Assembly: GCF_006345805.1 (NCBI RefSeq)
Contig: NC_043019.1
Span: forward strand, 24,489,360 to 24,553,359
Direction of reading: 5' to 3'
Length of the DNA: 64,000 nucleotides
Origin: Octopus sinensis
Lineage: Eukaryota
Below the pieces are notes generated by a model. The model was not told where the DNA came from. It saw only the letters and a program-made list of their open reading frames with translations, and searched no databases. The position numbers were made by a program, and so were the translations under genes. How positions within the stretch are numbered: position 1 is the stretch's first letter; each line of letters opens with the position of its first letter. This document shows, piece by piece, positions 40,279-54,566 of the stretch.

Positions 40279-40342
40279 TATATATGTATGTATATATAGT
40301 ATATATATATACATAAATGTGTATATATAGGTATTATATATA

Positions 40343-40386
<44 letters not shown>

Positions 40387-40504
40387 TATGTGAAATAGAA
40401 AGATGAATAATCTTGTGTAGATTAATCAAAAGTTTAACCGATATATAGCAAAAATCAATCACTATAATGTAATATATATATATATATATATACATATATA
40501 TACA

Positions 40505-40542
<38 letters not shown>

Positions 40543-40558
40543 TATACATATATGTATG

Positions 40559-40630
<72 letters not shown>

Positions 40631-40768
40631 ATATATATATTATATATAAAAAAATACAAAAAAGGCAGGCACAACAAAACATCCAGACAGACGATACAAG
40701 GAAAAACAGGATGGGTCATTCGGAGTTTTCTTTCTCAGTCGATTTCCAAGTTATCTCTACAATTTCGA

Positions 40769-40837
<69 letters not shown>

Positions 40838-40848
40838 TATATATATAT

Positions 40849-40992
40849 GTAGGAGTTGCTGTGTGGTAATTAGTTTGCTCCCCAACCACATGATTCCGGA
40901 TTCAGTCCAACTCCGTGCCAGCTGGGCAAGTGTTCCCTAGTATATTCCGGCTTTGAGAGTGGATTTGGTTGACGGAAACTGAAAGAAGCTAG

Positions 40993-41056
<64 letters not shown>

Positions 41057-41186
41057 TAATTGCTTCGGTAAAGCAGACCGATAGACTAAGTACTAGGCTT
41101 AAGAAGAATAAGTCCTGGTGTCGATTTCTTCGGCTAAAGGCGGTGCTCCAGAATGGCAGCAGTCAAATGACTGAAACAAATAAAGA
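40849..41186 (+). mobile_element. SINE family B (head-(TA)n-tail)
   Basis: Head GGAGTTGCTGTGTGGTAA...GGATTCAGTCC; spacer 40996-41052; tail homologous to 39255. Confidence 0.8.
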
Positions 41187-41214
41187 ATATATATTTATTT
41201 CTCCTTTTATCCTT

Positions 41215-41572
41215 CTATTCTTTTACTTGTTCCAGTCATTGGACAACAGTCATCCTGCAGTATTGCTTTGAAAGGCTTTTGTCGGAAAACCGATCCCTGA
41301 CCATTTTCTTTTAAGACTAGTACTTATTTTATCGGTTAATTTTACCGAACCACAAAGTTATGGGGACGTGGACACACCAACAGCAGCTGTAAAGCACTGG
41401 TGGGGTGGATGAACACAGACACACATAGCTGTACACACACACACACACATCACACACACACACACACTTACACACACACACATATATACAGCTAGTTTTC
41501 CAAATCCACTTACAAGATTTTGCTCGGCACCAGGTCACAGTTGAAGACACTTGCCCAAGGTTCTACGAAGCC
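41215..41572 (-). mobile_element. SINE family B, old inverted copy
   Basis: Tail 41215-41400, (CA)n spacer, partial head 41491-41572. Confidence 0.75.
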
Positions 41573-41592
41573 GCATACATTCACTTACACAA

Positions 41593-41629
<37 letters not shown>

Positions 41630-41685
41630 ACACACACACACACACACCACACACACACATACATACACAAATAGACATACATATA

Positions 41686-42125
41686 CAGGCGTGGTTGTTT
41701 GGTAAGAAACTTGCCCCTTAATCACATGGTTCCGGGTTCAGTCACACAGCGTGTTACCTTCCGCAAGTGTCTTCCGCTATAGCTTCGGGCCGACCAAACC
41801 CTTGTGAGTGAATTTGGTAGGCAAAAACTTAAAGAAGCCCGGCGTATATATATATATATATTTATGTGTGTGTGGGGGGAGAGAGAGAGAGAGATTGTGT
41901 GTGTGTGTGCCTGTGTGTGTGTGCGTATGTGTTGCCTCCGCACTATAGTTTGACAACGGATGCTGGTGTGTTTACGGCTCTGTAGCTTAGCGGTTCAGCA
42001 AAAGAGACCGATAGGATGAATACTAGGCTTACAAAGAATAAGTCCTGGAGTCGAGTTCTTCGACTAAATGCACTGCTTCAGCATGGCCACGTTCAAATTA
42101 ACAAAACAGGTAAAATGATAAAGAA
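41686..42125 (+). mobile_element. SINE family B (head-microsatellite-tail)
   Basis: Head CAGGCGTGGTTGTTTGGTAAG...GGGTTCAGTC; tail 41946-42125. Confidence 0.8.
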
Positions 42126-42129
42126 TAAA

Positions 42130-42191
42130 GAATACAAATATATATACACACAGACACACACGCGCATATATATATATAGATATATATATAT

Positions 42192-42238
<47 letters not shown>

Positions 42239-42736
42239 CATACATAGACAATATAATATATACATATATAAATACATATACATGAATAAACATATATTTA
42301 TACACACACATAAATTGCATATATATATATATTTATATATACACATGTATATATGTGTGTGTGTACATATGTACACACCCGTATATATATTTATAATTGT
42401 ATATACATATATACAGACACGTATATATACGTACATATATATATGCATATATAAATATATACACATGTATGCATATATCAATATATGTATATAGATACAT
42501 ATATGCATATATAAATACATATATATATATATACATATATATATACATATATATATACATACATATATATACATAGGTATATACATATATTTGTATATAT
42601 ACATATACATATATATACATACATATATATATATACATACATATATATACATATATATGCATACATATATACATACATGTATTATATATGCACCATATAT
42701 ATACATGTATAATATAAATATATATATATATATAAT

Positions 42737-42835
<99 letters not shown>

Positions 42836-43149
42836 TTTCATATATACATACATATGTGAATGTACATATACATACATATTTACACATATATATATATATA
42901 TATACATATATATACATGGCTGTAGCTTTCGGGCTGAAACATTTTAAGGGGTTTTTAAGGATATACGCATATATATACATATATACACATATATATACAT
43001 ACATATACATATATATAAACTATATATGTACTTATATATATGTATATATATATATACTTACATATATATATACATATATATATATAATATAAATATATAC
43101 ATATATATACATATACATATATACATCTATATATATATACACCTATATA

Positions 43150-43194
<45 letters not shown>

Positions 43195-43372
43195 ATATAT
43201 ATATATATACATATATATATGCATATATAGACATATACATGTAAATATATATATACATATATGCATACACATATATACATATATTCATGTATATATGCTT
43301 ATATATGTAAATGCATATATATATATGTTTATATATGCATATATACATATATACATATATATATATATTTAT

Positions 43373-43420
<48 letters not shown>
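42130..43420. repeat. Long degenerate (TA)n/(TACA)n array
   Basis: Directly visible; source of several spurious ORFs. Confidence 0.95.
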
Positions 43421-43423
<3 letters not shown>

Positions 43424-46400
43424 GTGCATCAATCCTAAAAAGATAGTCTTTGAGAACTGTATTTACAAGAGTGAAGTTGATTCGTCCGACAGATATGGAT
43501 TGGATTTGCTGACAATGTATTATGTAGAAAGGTGTTAGGACTACACTGGTGCATTATGTAGAGAGTGAAGACATCACTAACAAGGGATTAGGAAAAAAGT
43601 TATAGTGTAGCCATGAGCCTTCGATAATATGGTGTTGCTCACAGTGTGGTAGTTATAACGGTGTGTTTGAAGTAAGAGGAAAGGTTTTTGAAAATTAATG
43701 GTGTTACAATCAGTTTATCTAATAAATAATAATGATGTGCTAACACTGAATTAGAAGTGATTTACTGTGGTGTTAACAAGAGATTAGATTTCGAAGTATG
43801 ATAATCCTAAATGCTGGTTATGCAATAGTTTATATGGTGGTGTTAGGTTCGGATTTATGGCTGCAAAGTTTCGATAATATAGAGAGGTGTTTATTGCTAA
43901 TAGGAGATTAGACACGGAGTTGTGATGGTGCTAGAACTGGATTAAGTAGAGAGGTATGGTAATGTTCGCAGTGGATTATAATTGTTGTCGTTCTTGCTTA
44001 GCTGCCATGTCTGCTTTGACAGCTGGGGCATTCGGTTCAATGCATTCCAGCTGTTACGTTAACTTTCATTGTAAGTTTGTCTAAAACATTTCTTTCTCTA
44101 TTTTAGGATTGTAGGTGTGCTTCCTGGGAATTTGTCTGTTATTTCCATCAAATTGAGCGACTACACATAGTTTCATTCATTGAAAGATTTAAATAGAGGG
44201 CTAAAATGTTTATAACAATCGATTCGTTATACAGAAATGCTGTTCTTAACATGGAATGCCCATTAGACATTATATATTCAGTAGAAATTATGGAATCCCA
44301 TTTCCCCTAGACAATGGACTTTAGTAACAACTCAAATGATAAAATTGCCAACTAATTTTTCCTAATAATATCTATTTAATATCTCACTTACTCATAATAT
44401 ACGATGATGTTTAAGATTTTCAAATGTTTTGTTATAAATGAAACAGGCCATTTCTTGATTGAAGAAACATAAATGCGAGATTGTTAAGGTACTGTAAATG
44501 TAACTGTTTTGATTATATTCCAGTTAGCAGATAGTTGTAAAATTATGTACTGAAGTTTCATCCTGCAGGGAATCGAAAAGGGAAAAGCATGGGGTAAGGG
44601 GCAAGTGAAATTTTTTTTAATTGTTTACAATTTCATTGTTGCTAGTTCAAATACCTCTTTGTTCAGAATTGAAAGGATTCATTGATATGAATTTTAATTT
44701 TCAACAGTTGATAGCATCACATTAGGAGAGAAGCTTAATTTTTATAAAAACAATTCATGTATATAGTTAAACACATCATTATAAGATTTACTAATGGTTA
44801 AGTCCAATAGACGTCCAAACTTATGTGTTAGATCAATATTAGTTTTCTTATTAAATTGCTCTTGTTGTTGGGTGTTGATATGTTAGCTGCTAATTTAACA
44901 GCTACTGGATTTGCAGTATTAAGTTCTATTTTTCCTATAAATTGAAAATCTTGCGACTGCGTAGGAATTAATATTCCTTTATTGTTTATTTAGATATATG
45001 ACTCAATGATGTAGATGTAACTGGAGTCGCTTTTAACTTCAATGCATTTTAATGAAACAAATACCTCAGATCTCAAAGGTATGAACATGGGTTTGAAATT
45101 TTCATCTTGAGATTATATGGTACACATAAAAAGTAATCACTCCGTTATCAAAATATGTGTCAATAACGCAATCATATAGCTTTAAAAAGTAGGTACATGA
45201 GACTTTTCGAAGTCTTGACTTTTCTTTCATCTAAAGAGAAGTAAATTAATTAATTAATTAATAGAGTCTGAGAAGTATTCTAACAACTGGATGACATTGA
45301 GCATGATGAGATCTATGCTTAGCTATTTAATCCCCTACGCTAAATTCTGATCAAGCGTTGAAACGATTTTAGTCACATCTCAAGATTAACATACTTATGA
45401 ATTTGAGAGAGGAATTGAATAAGGGAAAACGTCAATACAAATGATGCAATCACACATGTTTACTCTTATATTGACGAATATGAATTGTGTGATGTTAACC
45501 GCTACCTTTATGGTGGCGATATTTCCTAGATTTTACTTGATGAGTTTGATGCAGTGAACACTACCTAAAACCTTTGCAGACCCTGCGTGGCCTGTGAGCT
45601 TGATGTTGTTAATGATCCGGTTAAACTGTTACAGGTAGAAGACTCCAGAAGGCCGATGTTCTGAAAAGGTAGAAATGGCTGGGAATGGTGGAAAATGCGA
45701 GGCTGAAAGTTGGACGCCAAAAAAGAAAAAAAAAAGAAAAAAACAGTGACGAAAAATGGGAAGACGAGGAGTTTCAGGGATGTCTGAATTTTGGAGGTAT
45801 AAAACCAACCAGTTTCCCAGAATAGATGTCATTGCAGTAGCGAGGTAGATAAAAAGAAAGAATTTGAGAGAGAGAAGAAATTAGAGATACTGAGAGATGT
45901 CCTCATATATCGTATATAGCGTATCGTTATCTCCGGAGTATAATGTGGTTTCAGATTATATTAGCGTCTTAAGTTTTCTAAAATCCCTGTTAAGCCTAGG
46001 TCCCTTCAAGACGTCCAGTGCTAAAGAACAAACATACCTAGACAATTGTTTTTCATAAGATATACCATAAACAAAGTCTACTTCTCATTTATAAAAGTAA
46101 TCAGATAATTTATGTATGTAGGTGGGTGGATGTAAGAATGAGAGTTGAGTGCATCGGTGTGTCAACATGTATGTATATATAGAGAGATGAGTGAAGAGTA
46201 CTCAACACAGCGTAGAAAAACAAACAACAGCACCAATAATAACTGTTTCTAACACAGGTACGAGGGCAGATTATATTAATCTCTGTACTCCGAACAACGC
46301 TACTAGAAATTTATTATATGAACTGTTCAGGAAACGATGACTTGTAAGCTTAGTGGATTTCTTCGGTACCAGCGGTTGATTTGTATTTTCTTTTATCTAT

Positions 46401-46534
46401 CCGGAGCAGAAGAAAAGTAAGGTTCACAGCCTGTGGAGCTCAGACTGAAGCACAAACAGCCAGAAAAAAATATTGCAAGACGCTATTCCGTCGATCTAGC
46501 GACTCCACCGGTGCGCTGCTTCCGGGACGATGAT

Positions 46535-46577
46535 AATTATGATAACATTAACAACAATAACAATAACGATGAAGATG

Positions 46578-46638
<61 letters not shown>

Positions 46639-46641
46639 ATA

Positions 46642-46688
<47 letters not shown>

Positions 46689-46768
46689 TAATAATAAAAA
46701 CAACATCAATAATAATAACAAGAACAACTTCAACAACAACAACAACAACAACAATAACAATAATAATA

Positions 46769-46808
<40 letters not shown>
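46535..46808. repeat. (AAT)n/(AAC)n microsatellite
   Basis: Directly visible. Confidence 0.95.
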
Positions 46809-46965
46809 TTTTACTAGAGGCACAAGAAGGGCTGAAATTCATTGGGTGGGGATGTCAATAAAAGATACTAGTGTTCAATTCGAACATATACTATCGAAAA
46901 GAAACGGATGGAAAACTGACATTAAATTTAATATATAGGCTAACATGCACATATATATATATATA

Positions 46966-47232
46966 TAAATGTAATATGTGACAATTATTCGGTAGCCATG
47001 ATAAAACTCCGAGTCTCGGATGTCGGGGTGTAAATCCACGCCGCCATCTCTTCAAATGATATGTCCGGATAACTGAAGAAATGTCGGCGTGGACTTCCAC
47101 CTCGTTATCCGAAACTCGGAGTTTTATCATGGCTACCGAATAATTGTCACATATTACATTTACAGATAAATTCCTCTATTTACAAAATATCGAGGTCTCT
47201 TTCATTCTTTTGCTGTCTTACCATTCTAACAA
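46966..47232. mobile_element. 197-bp palindrome plus ~70-bp unique tail, resembling an inverted Penelope-like pseudo-LTR pair
   Basis: Arms 46966-47054 / 47074-47162 match 81/89 (outer 49 bp identical); each arm carries a hammerhead motif. Confidence 0.75.
47068..47128 (+). ncRNA. Type I hammerhead ribozyme
   Basis: GAUAA-CUGAAGA-[31-nt helix II with GUGG/CCAC core]-GAAAC-UCGGA-GUU-UUAUC. Helix I GAUAA/UUAUC is perfect; helix III lies in the near-palindrome AACUCGGAGUU. Confidence 0.75.
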
Positions 47233-47234
47233 TA

Positions 47235-47251
47235 TATATGCATAAATATAT

Positions 47252-47288
<37 letters not shown>

Positions 47289-47493
47289 TATTATATATAC
47301 TATATATACATATATATGTATATACATATATATACATATATATACATATACATATACTTACATATATAAATATATTCATATATACATCTATACATATTTA
47401 TAAGTATATATAATATATATACATATATTGATATATATTTATGTTCATACATATATATTATACATATACATATATATATATACATACAAACAT

Positions 47494-47548
<55 letters not shown>

Positions 47549-47632
47549 ATATACATATACATATATATAATATAAAATGTAAATATATATATATACATAA
47601 ATATATTAATATATAATAGATAGATATATATA

Positions 47633-47679
<47 letters not shown>

Positions 47680-47813
47680 TATATATATAACAAATAAAAG
47701 TCAGAAGATGGAATATACGAGGTTATATTATTAATCACAACAATTGTTTCCACGCACCTAGCATCGACTCCTCTTGTGAGACACACAAAAACTGGTACAG
47801 GAGTATGCGGTGG

Positions 47814-47854
<41 letters not shown>

Positions 47855-48004
47855 GTATGAGCCTCCGTGCATATCTCCAAATGTATCTGTACGTAGATAT
47901 ATACAATTTGTCACCCGTATATACATATACGTGTGCATCTATACAAATAATATCCACTTAGACAAATTCCTTTAAGCATACACATATACATGCACATACA
48001 TACA

Positions 48005-48053
<49 letters not shown>

Positions 48054-48218
48054 ATATATGCATATATAAATGTGTATATATATATATATCTGTATTATAT
48101 ATATGTATATATATATATATTATATATATAAATATGTATATACTACATGCATCTATACAAATAATATCCACTTAGACACATTCCTTTAAGCATACACATA
48201 TACATGCACATACATACA

Positions 48219-48267
<49 letters not shown>

Positions 48268-48403
48268 GTATATATAATGCATATATAAATTTGTATATAT
48301 ATATATATGCATATATAAATTGTATATATATATATCTGTATGTATATATATATATATGCATACATACATGCATTATATCAGTATACAAAGATATGTTTAT
48401 ATC

Positions 48404-48436
<33 letters not shown>

Positions 48437-48651
48437 GATGTATATATATATATATGTATACAAACATACGCATAACAATACACATCATTATGTACACCTA
48501 CATATTAGCATTCAATTATACATAGCATATATAAAATACACACACATATATTTATATACTCATATGCTTATATATATGTACACATATATATATCGTATGC
48601 ACATATATACATATACATATATAAATAATATACATATATGTAATGCATGTA

Positions 48652-48699
<48 letters not shown>

Positions 48700-49094
48700 T
48701 TATAATATATATATTATATAATATGCATACACATATATTTATATATACATATATATATATAAAGTCGTTATTCTTATATATTTTATTTTATTCTCTGTCT
48801 TTTGCATGTTTCCCTTTATAGGCTGCGGTCATGCAGGATCACTGCCTATGTAATCATTTCAGTGGTCATTTTTATGCAACTAGATATACAGATATGTCTA
48901 TATATATATAATATATATATATACTTTGATACTTTGATAGGTTCGGCCATTATTGGCCCAGGCCATGTCTAACTTAATAGCACCACCATATATATATATA
49001 TATATATATAGATATATATATATAGTATATGTTATGTATATTTGTATATGTCTATATATGTATATATATATATACATGCATATGTATATATATA

Positions 49095-49128
<34 letters not shown>

Positions 49129-49460
49129 TTCCATACAAAGATATACATATATACACATAGATATGTTGATATATATTTCCATACAAAGATATACATATAT
49201 ACACATAGATATGTTGATATATATTTTTTCATATATATGCATACATGTCCATATATGTACATACTTAAGCATATACATACATGTATATTTACATATACAC
49301 ACATATATATATGTATACATCTACATATAAACATATATATATATATATCTATACATACATACATACTTATGTTTACGAGTAAATGCTGATATACAGATAC
49401 TCATATTTTTTACGTATATATACTTAAACATTTTTATATTTACATATTCATATATATATA
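47235..49460. repeat. Long (TA)-rich degenerate array with local duplications
   Basis: Directly visible; duplicated blocks at ~47934/48148 (period 214) and ~49123-49224 (period 48). Confidence 0.9.
47735..47779 (-). ncRNA. Hammerhead-like motif with variant core
   Basis: UCAC-AAGAGGA-guc-GAUGC(uaggu)GCGUg-GAAAC-AAUU-GUU-GUGA. Helix I is 4 bp and helix III is a perfect palindrome, but the core has AA instead of CU. Confidence 0.4.
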
Positions 49461-50922
49461 TATTTATATGCATGTAATTGGAAGGAACTTTTCATTTCCC
49501 TATGCAAATGTTGCATTCCATAGATCGATATTCAGTTGCAGAATGCTAATGTATCTCTGTAATAATAACTTTTTCGCTTCGTATTTATCGCATTAATTAC
49601 TTGAGTAACATTCAGTCAATGAAACTGAATTGCGAAATGTTTATGTTAAGGTGATTATACACAGAAGAATATATGCTATATGGGCTTTTACTTAAACTTT
49701 AAAAATGGGCTTTTGTATGTGTGTGTGTACATATGTGTGTGAGAGAGATAAAAAGAGATGGAGAGAGAAAGTGGGGGGCTTACATCTAAGCCCATTGTTC
49801 TTAATTTGAAATCACGTCAAACACGCTTACTGTGGATTTTCCGTCAGCTAATTTTACAATTATCAAACTTTGTCACTTTTATTAAATTTAATTAACGTAA
49901 AAATTATTTGTAAACTACTTGAAAACGTTAATTTTTCGACATTTCAAAGTATAAGTTGTCTGATGAGATTCTGTTTATAAGACAGTTGACGATATGGAAT
50001 ATAAAATATATCATATGTCGTAACATAACTTCCGTCTGTGACGTTTATATTTGAAACGATTGAATATTCGAAAATAGTATTCTGTCGTGAAAATTTCTAA
50101 GTAAATGTACACCAAAAATATATATATATTTAGAAGGAAAGCTACTTTAGGAAATCAGTGAGGAAATTAAGTTATACATACAAAATGTACACATATGCAC
50201 ACACGCTATTCTTAAATTAGTGTCAGATGAAATCATAAACATAAAATTAAGAAGCAGAAAACTTCGAAATCATTTATTTTGTCTTATTGTATTTTATCAC
50301 TGGATTTTGCAATTTAAATATTTTATCCCGACATTTCCTGTGTGCAACGAAAACAAAACTTAAAGATAAAACAGCTACAAAATATTGTCTTAAAAATAGT
50401 AATATTTAAAACTCTCTAACAGGGTAAGAAAAGAAACCACTGTATCACAGTTCGCTGAAAATGTAAATAATATTTTAATTATAATTAAAGTGTCTTAACT
50501 TGGAATACGTTTAAATTTTGAAGCGTAATGAAATGCCTCAAAAGATTTAAGTGAAACGGAAAATAACTTAAGAAAACAAATGTATTTTAAGTAAAGATTA
50601 AATATATATATATTAGAAGATTTCATACTTTTAGATGGTATGTATTTTATTTAAAAACAATTATTCGTATAGTCATTCAAAGAATTTGTCGATATCTAGC
50701 ATAAGTAATTTCCTCGTATTATTGGATAAAACTTAGAAGTTATATAAATTAGTACATGCAATAAATAAAGGGAACTCAGCCAATGATACGCTAACATTTG
50801 ACATCTTGCAGGGCTATTGCAAAAGGACTTGGGAAACTTATATCGCACCCATCTCCAAAGGGTATGTCTGCATATATATATATATATATTGTGTAAAGTT
50901 AATATGTAGTTCAGGCTTCCTC

Positions 50923-50941
50923 AATAATAATAATAATAATG

Positions 50942-50985
<44 letters not shown>

Positions 50986-51015
50986 TAATAATAATAATAA
51001 TAATGACAATAATAA
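50923..51015. repeat. (AAT)n microsatellite
   Basis: Directly visible. Confidence 0.95.
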
Positions 51016-51270
51016 ACTACTTTCTATGAAATTAAAACATTACAACATACATCTGCCTTCTTTATTTTATTATTAACGATATCAATTCAATTCAATTATG
51101 ATCGTTCTCAATAAATTTGATGTGAATCATTAATTAAAACAAATAGAAATATACATATTCATTTATAGCGTTGCTATAGAAACTTGTAGGAAAACCCAAT
51201 TATGCAAATTTTTTCAAGCTGTTAATTATAGCAGTCAGCTGTAGACTGTGTACATGCGTGGATGTGACAG

Positions 51271-51366
<96 letters not shown>

Positions 51367-51544
51367 TGTATGTATGTATGTATGTATGTATGTATGTATG
51401 CTTGTATGTATGTATGTATGTATGTATGTATGTATATGTAGTTGTATGCTTGTATGTATGTATGCTTGTATGTATGTATGTATGTATATATGTAATCCTG
51501 TGTGTATTGAAATAATGTTTGGAGAGTATAAAAGCCGTACTTAC

Positions 51545-51566
51545 CACCAAAGTCCAATTATGTTGA
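51545..51566 (-). other. Candidate 22-nt microexon
   Basis: TCTTTATTTCTACTTGATGTTTCCAG|TCAACATAATTGGACTTTGGTG|GTAAGTA. Confidence 0.35.
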
Positions 51567-52133
51567 CTGGAAACATCAAGTAGAAATAAAGACCCACTAA
51601 TATAGTTTGAAATCGCATGTTTGTGCAACGTGTTTCATGTATGTCTCTATACACGTGTTGCTGTTGTTGCTACTGCTGCTGCAAGTCACATAAGTCTATA
51701 AATTTGGCGGACGGGGGAGAGAGAGAGAGACGAAGAATGAAGGGGGTTTAGTATTTGGTTTTATTTATGCTTTTGTGTATAATATTTAAAAAAAAACTAA
51801 AGGAGAGCTGCCCAAACTCAAAGTTTATGTGATATCAATAGCGAATAAATATATGGATATGAGGATGACAGATAGGACTGTTTCAAGAAGAGCAGCTCAG
51901 CTGGACTGATAGATACTATTCAGATTGTTTTATGGAAAAGCAATGTGTTGTCTGCTACTCGGAAATATTTGGACGCAGATAGAAAATACACTTACGTTTA
52001 CACTAATATTTTTAATATTCATAACGCATTAGTTTTACTAACAATTTCATATGCGTACAATATGTGTATGCGTGTGTCTTTATACATTCGTGTGTTGATA
52101 TATGCATATATACAATGTGTGTATGCACGCGCC

Positions 52134-52193
<60 letters not shown>

Positions 52194-52345
52194 CGCGTGT
52201 GAGAGAGAGAGAGTGTATGTGTGTGTATATATATATATATATCGAGAGAGAGAGAGAGAGTGATAGATAGATTTCTGAATCTATAAATATATGTGAATAT
52301 ATGTATATATTTGTTTATATGTACGTATATGTGTGTGTGTGTTCA

Positions 52346-52376
<31 letters not shown>

Positions 52377-53189
52377 CGTGTATATGTATTATGCTAACAT
52401 ATTGGTATGCATATATATGTGGTTGTGTTTTTGTTGTTGTATCTATACATATATATAACACACACTAAAACCTAAGAATTATTTTTAATAGTTAAAACTA
52501 TATAAAATACCATCTATTTTTTTCTGTATAAATTGTAAGGATTTCCTTATTAACTTTTATATATTGTGTTCGTGTGCGTGTGTATGTGTGTGTGTGTGTG
52601 TGTGTGTAATTTTATTATTAATTATTTTATTAATTACTATTTTTGGGAAACATAGTTCTTAAAAGAAATCGTTATTATGATTATCAATGCATTCAGCAGC
52701 TGCACAGATTCAATGACATCTTATAAATCAATGTAAACAAATCCTAAGATTTTGTTTTTTATATAACTCACTTAACCCACCCCCTTTTAGCTCATCGGAA
52801 TACTAGCGAGGGAATAAATATTTTCGATACATATTATTTATTATGTTCCTATGTAAAAATGCTTTTGAAAAAGTTTTCATAAAGTCGACACTATTTCCTC
52901 CATTTAAGATCCAACTCATAACTAACAACACAATAAAATGTTCCGATTTAACGAATCGATATTTCGAGCATTTACTCCGCTACTCAATACATTTTATTCC
53001 CCGTTTCCTGGATTTGAATTTTAGCGATTTCTCATTGCCGTTGTTGTCTGTAAGTGGAGGTCTTGTAGTGATAGTAGCGGTGGTGGTGGACTGACATATT
53101 TTCGGGATGAGGGTGGGGGGTGATGTTGAAAGCAGCATTGTTAAGTAATTGTTTTTATTTTTTCCTTTGATTTGTTTTATCTGTGTTTC

Positions 53190-53416
53190 TACCAATATTT
53201 AGAACACCCAACTTTCGCCAATAGGCCAATCGGTGACCAGAAATGGCATCATTTTCGTTTTCTCTCTGTTGTTCCAGTTTGTATGTATAGAAGACTATTG
53301 GATTGTCATTTTATTTTTTAAGGGCAAGTGTGTGTATGTATCCCTCAATTGAATGACTGCGCACGCTTGTGTGTGTGAGTGTCTATGTGAGAGAAGGAAA
53401 AAGAGAGAGAGAGAGA

Positions 53417-53489
<73 letters not shown>

Positions 53490-53770
53490 TGTGTGTGTGT
53501 GTGTGTTTTTATGCGTGTAGAATGTCGTGCGCGTGCGCAGGTCATGGATCTCTCCTCTGGTTGTAAAGCCTGGTAAAGTAGCCGCCCACTCGCTTGAAGT
53601 TTAGCAGTCAATCACTGCTGAAGCTAGAGAGCTGCCACTGCCATTATCACATAGCGCCTGCTGGTGAGTGAATGAGAGAATGAGACATAGCTGAAGACTA
53701 CAGAACGGGGGGAAAACTAACATTCTATTGGCCAATGAAGACCACGTTACATGTTAGCCAAACCATAGTG
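53190..53770. promoter_or_regulatory. Promoter/enhancer-like island
   Basis: CCAAT at 53218 and 53226; ATTGGCCAAT at 53727-53736; NRF1-like TGCGCGTGCGCA at 53528-53539; CpG-richer than flanks; plus-strand donor-like CTG|GTGAGT at 53664. Confidence 0.4.
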
Positions 53771-54413
53771 AACTTCTTTCTTTTCTTCCTTTTCAATTTA
53801 ATACATACCTACCGTACAAGACAATCGTAATTGTACATAAATAATGGCTAGTATTCGGATTAATTTATAAGATTTCAACATACACTTTTTTTAATCTTTT
53901 TTAATTTGTTATTTAGGTTGTATTATTTCAAGTACAGCTTGTTAGTATTAATATATTTATCCGAGAAATTCTTTTCTGATAGTCAAACTTCAAATATTTT
54001 CTAGATCAAAATCTACAGATTACGTTTACGTTAATAAATTAGTTTCCATTTGTATGTAATACTATGTTACTATGAGAAAAATATTCTAAACATTATAAAA
54101 CTCTCTACAAACACACGAACATTCGCTTGTGTAAATATTTGCTGATATACAGATTTTATATATAAACATATATATAAATATGTGTGTGTGTATGTGTGTG
54201 TGTGTGTGTGTGTGCGTGTGTGTGTGTGGTGTGTGCGTGTGTGTATGTGCGTGCGTCTGTAAGTATTTTTAACTTTATATATAACAGCTATTTATTCAGA
54301 AGTTACGTAATTCTTTTGCTGATACTCTATCTGATCCACTATCAGAGTTTTTTTTATATACATCAGTCTGTATGCAAATATTTTGTATGTGTGTATGGGT
54401 ATATATATAATTC

Positions 54414-54447
<34 letters not shown>

Positions 54448-54527
54448 ATCACTATGTCTATAGCTATCTGTTTAACTATCTATCTAACAATTTACCTCCC
54501 TATCTATCTCTTTCATATATATACATA

Positions 54528-54566
<39 letters not shown>

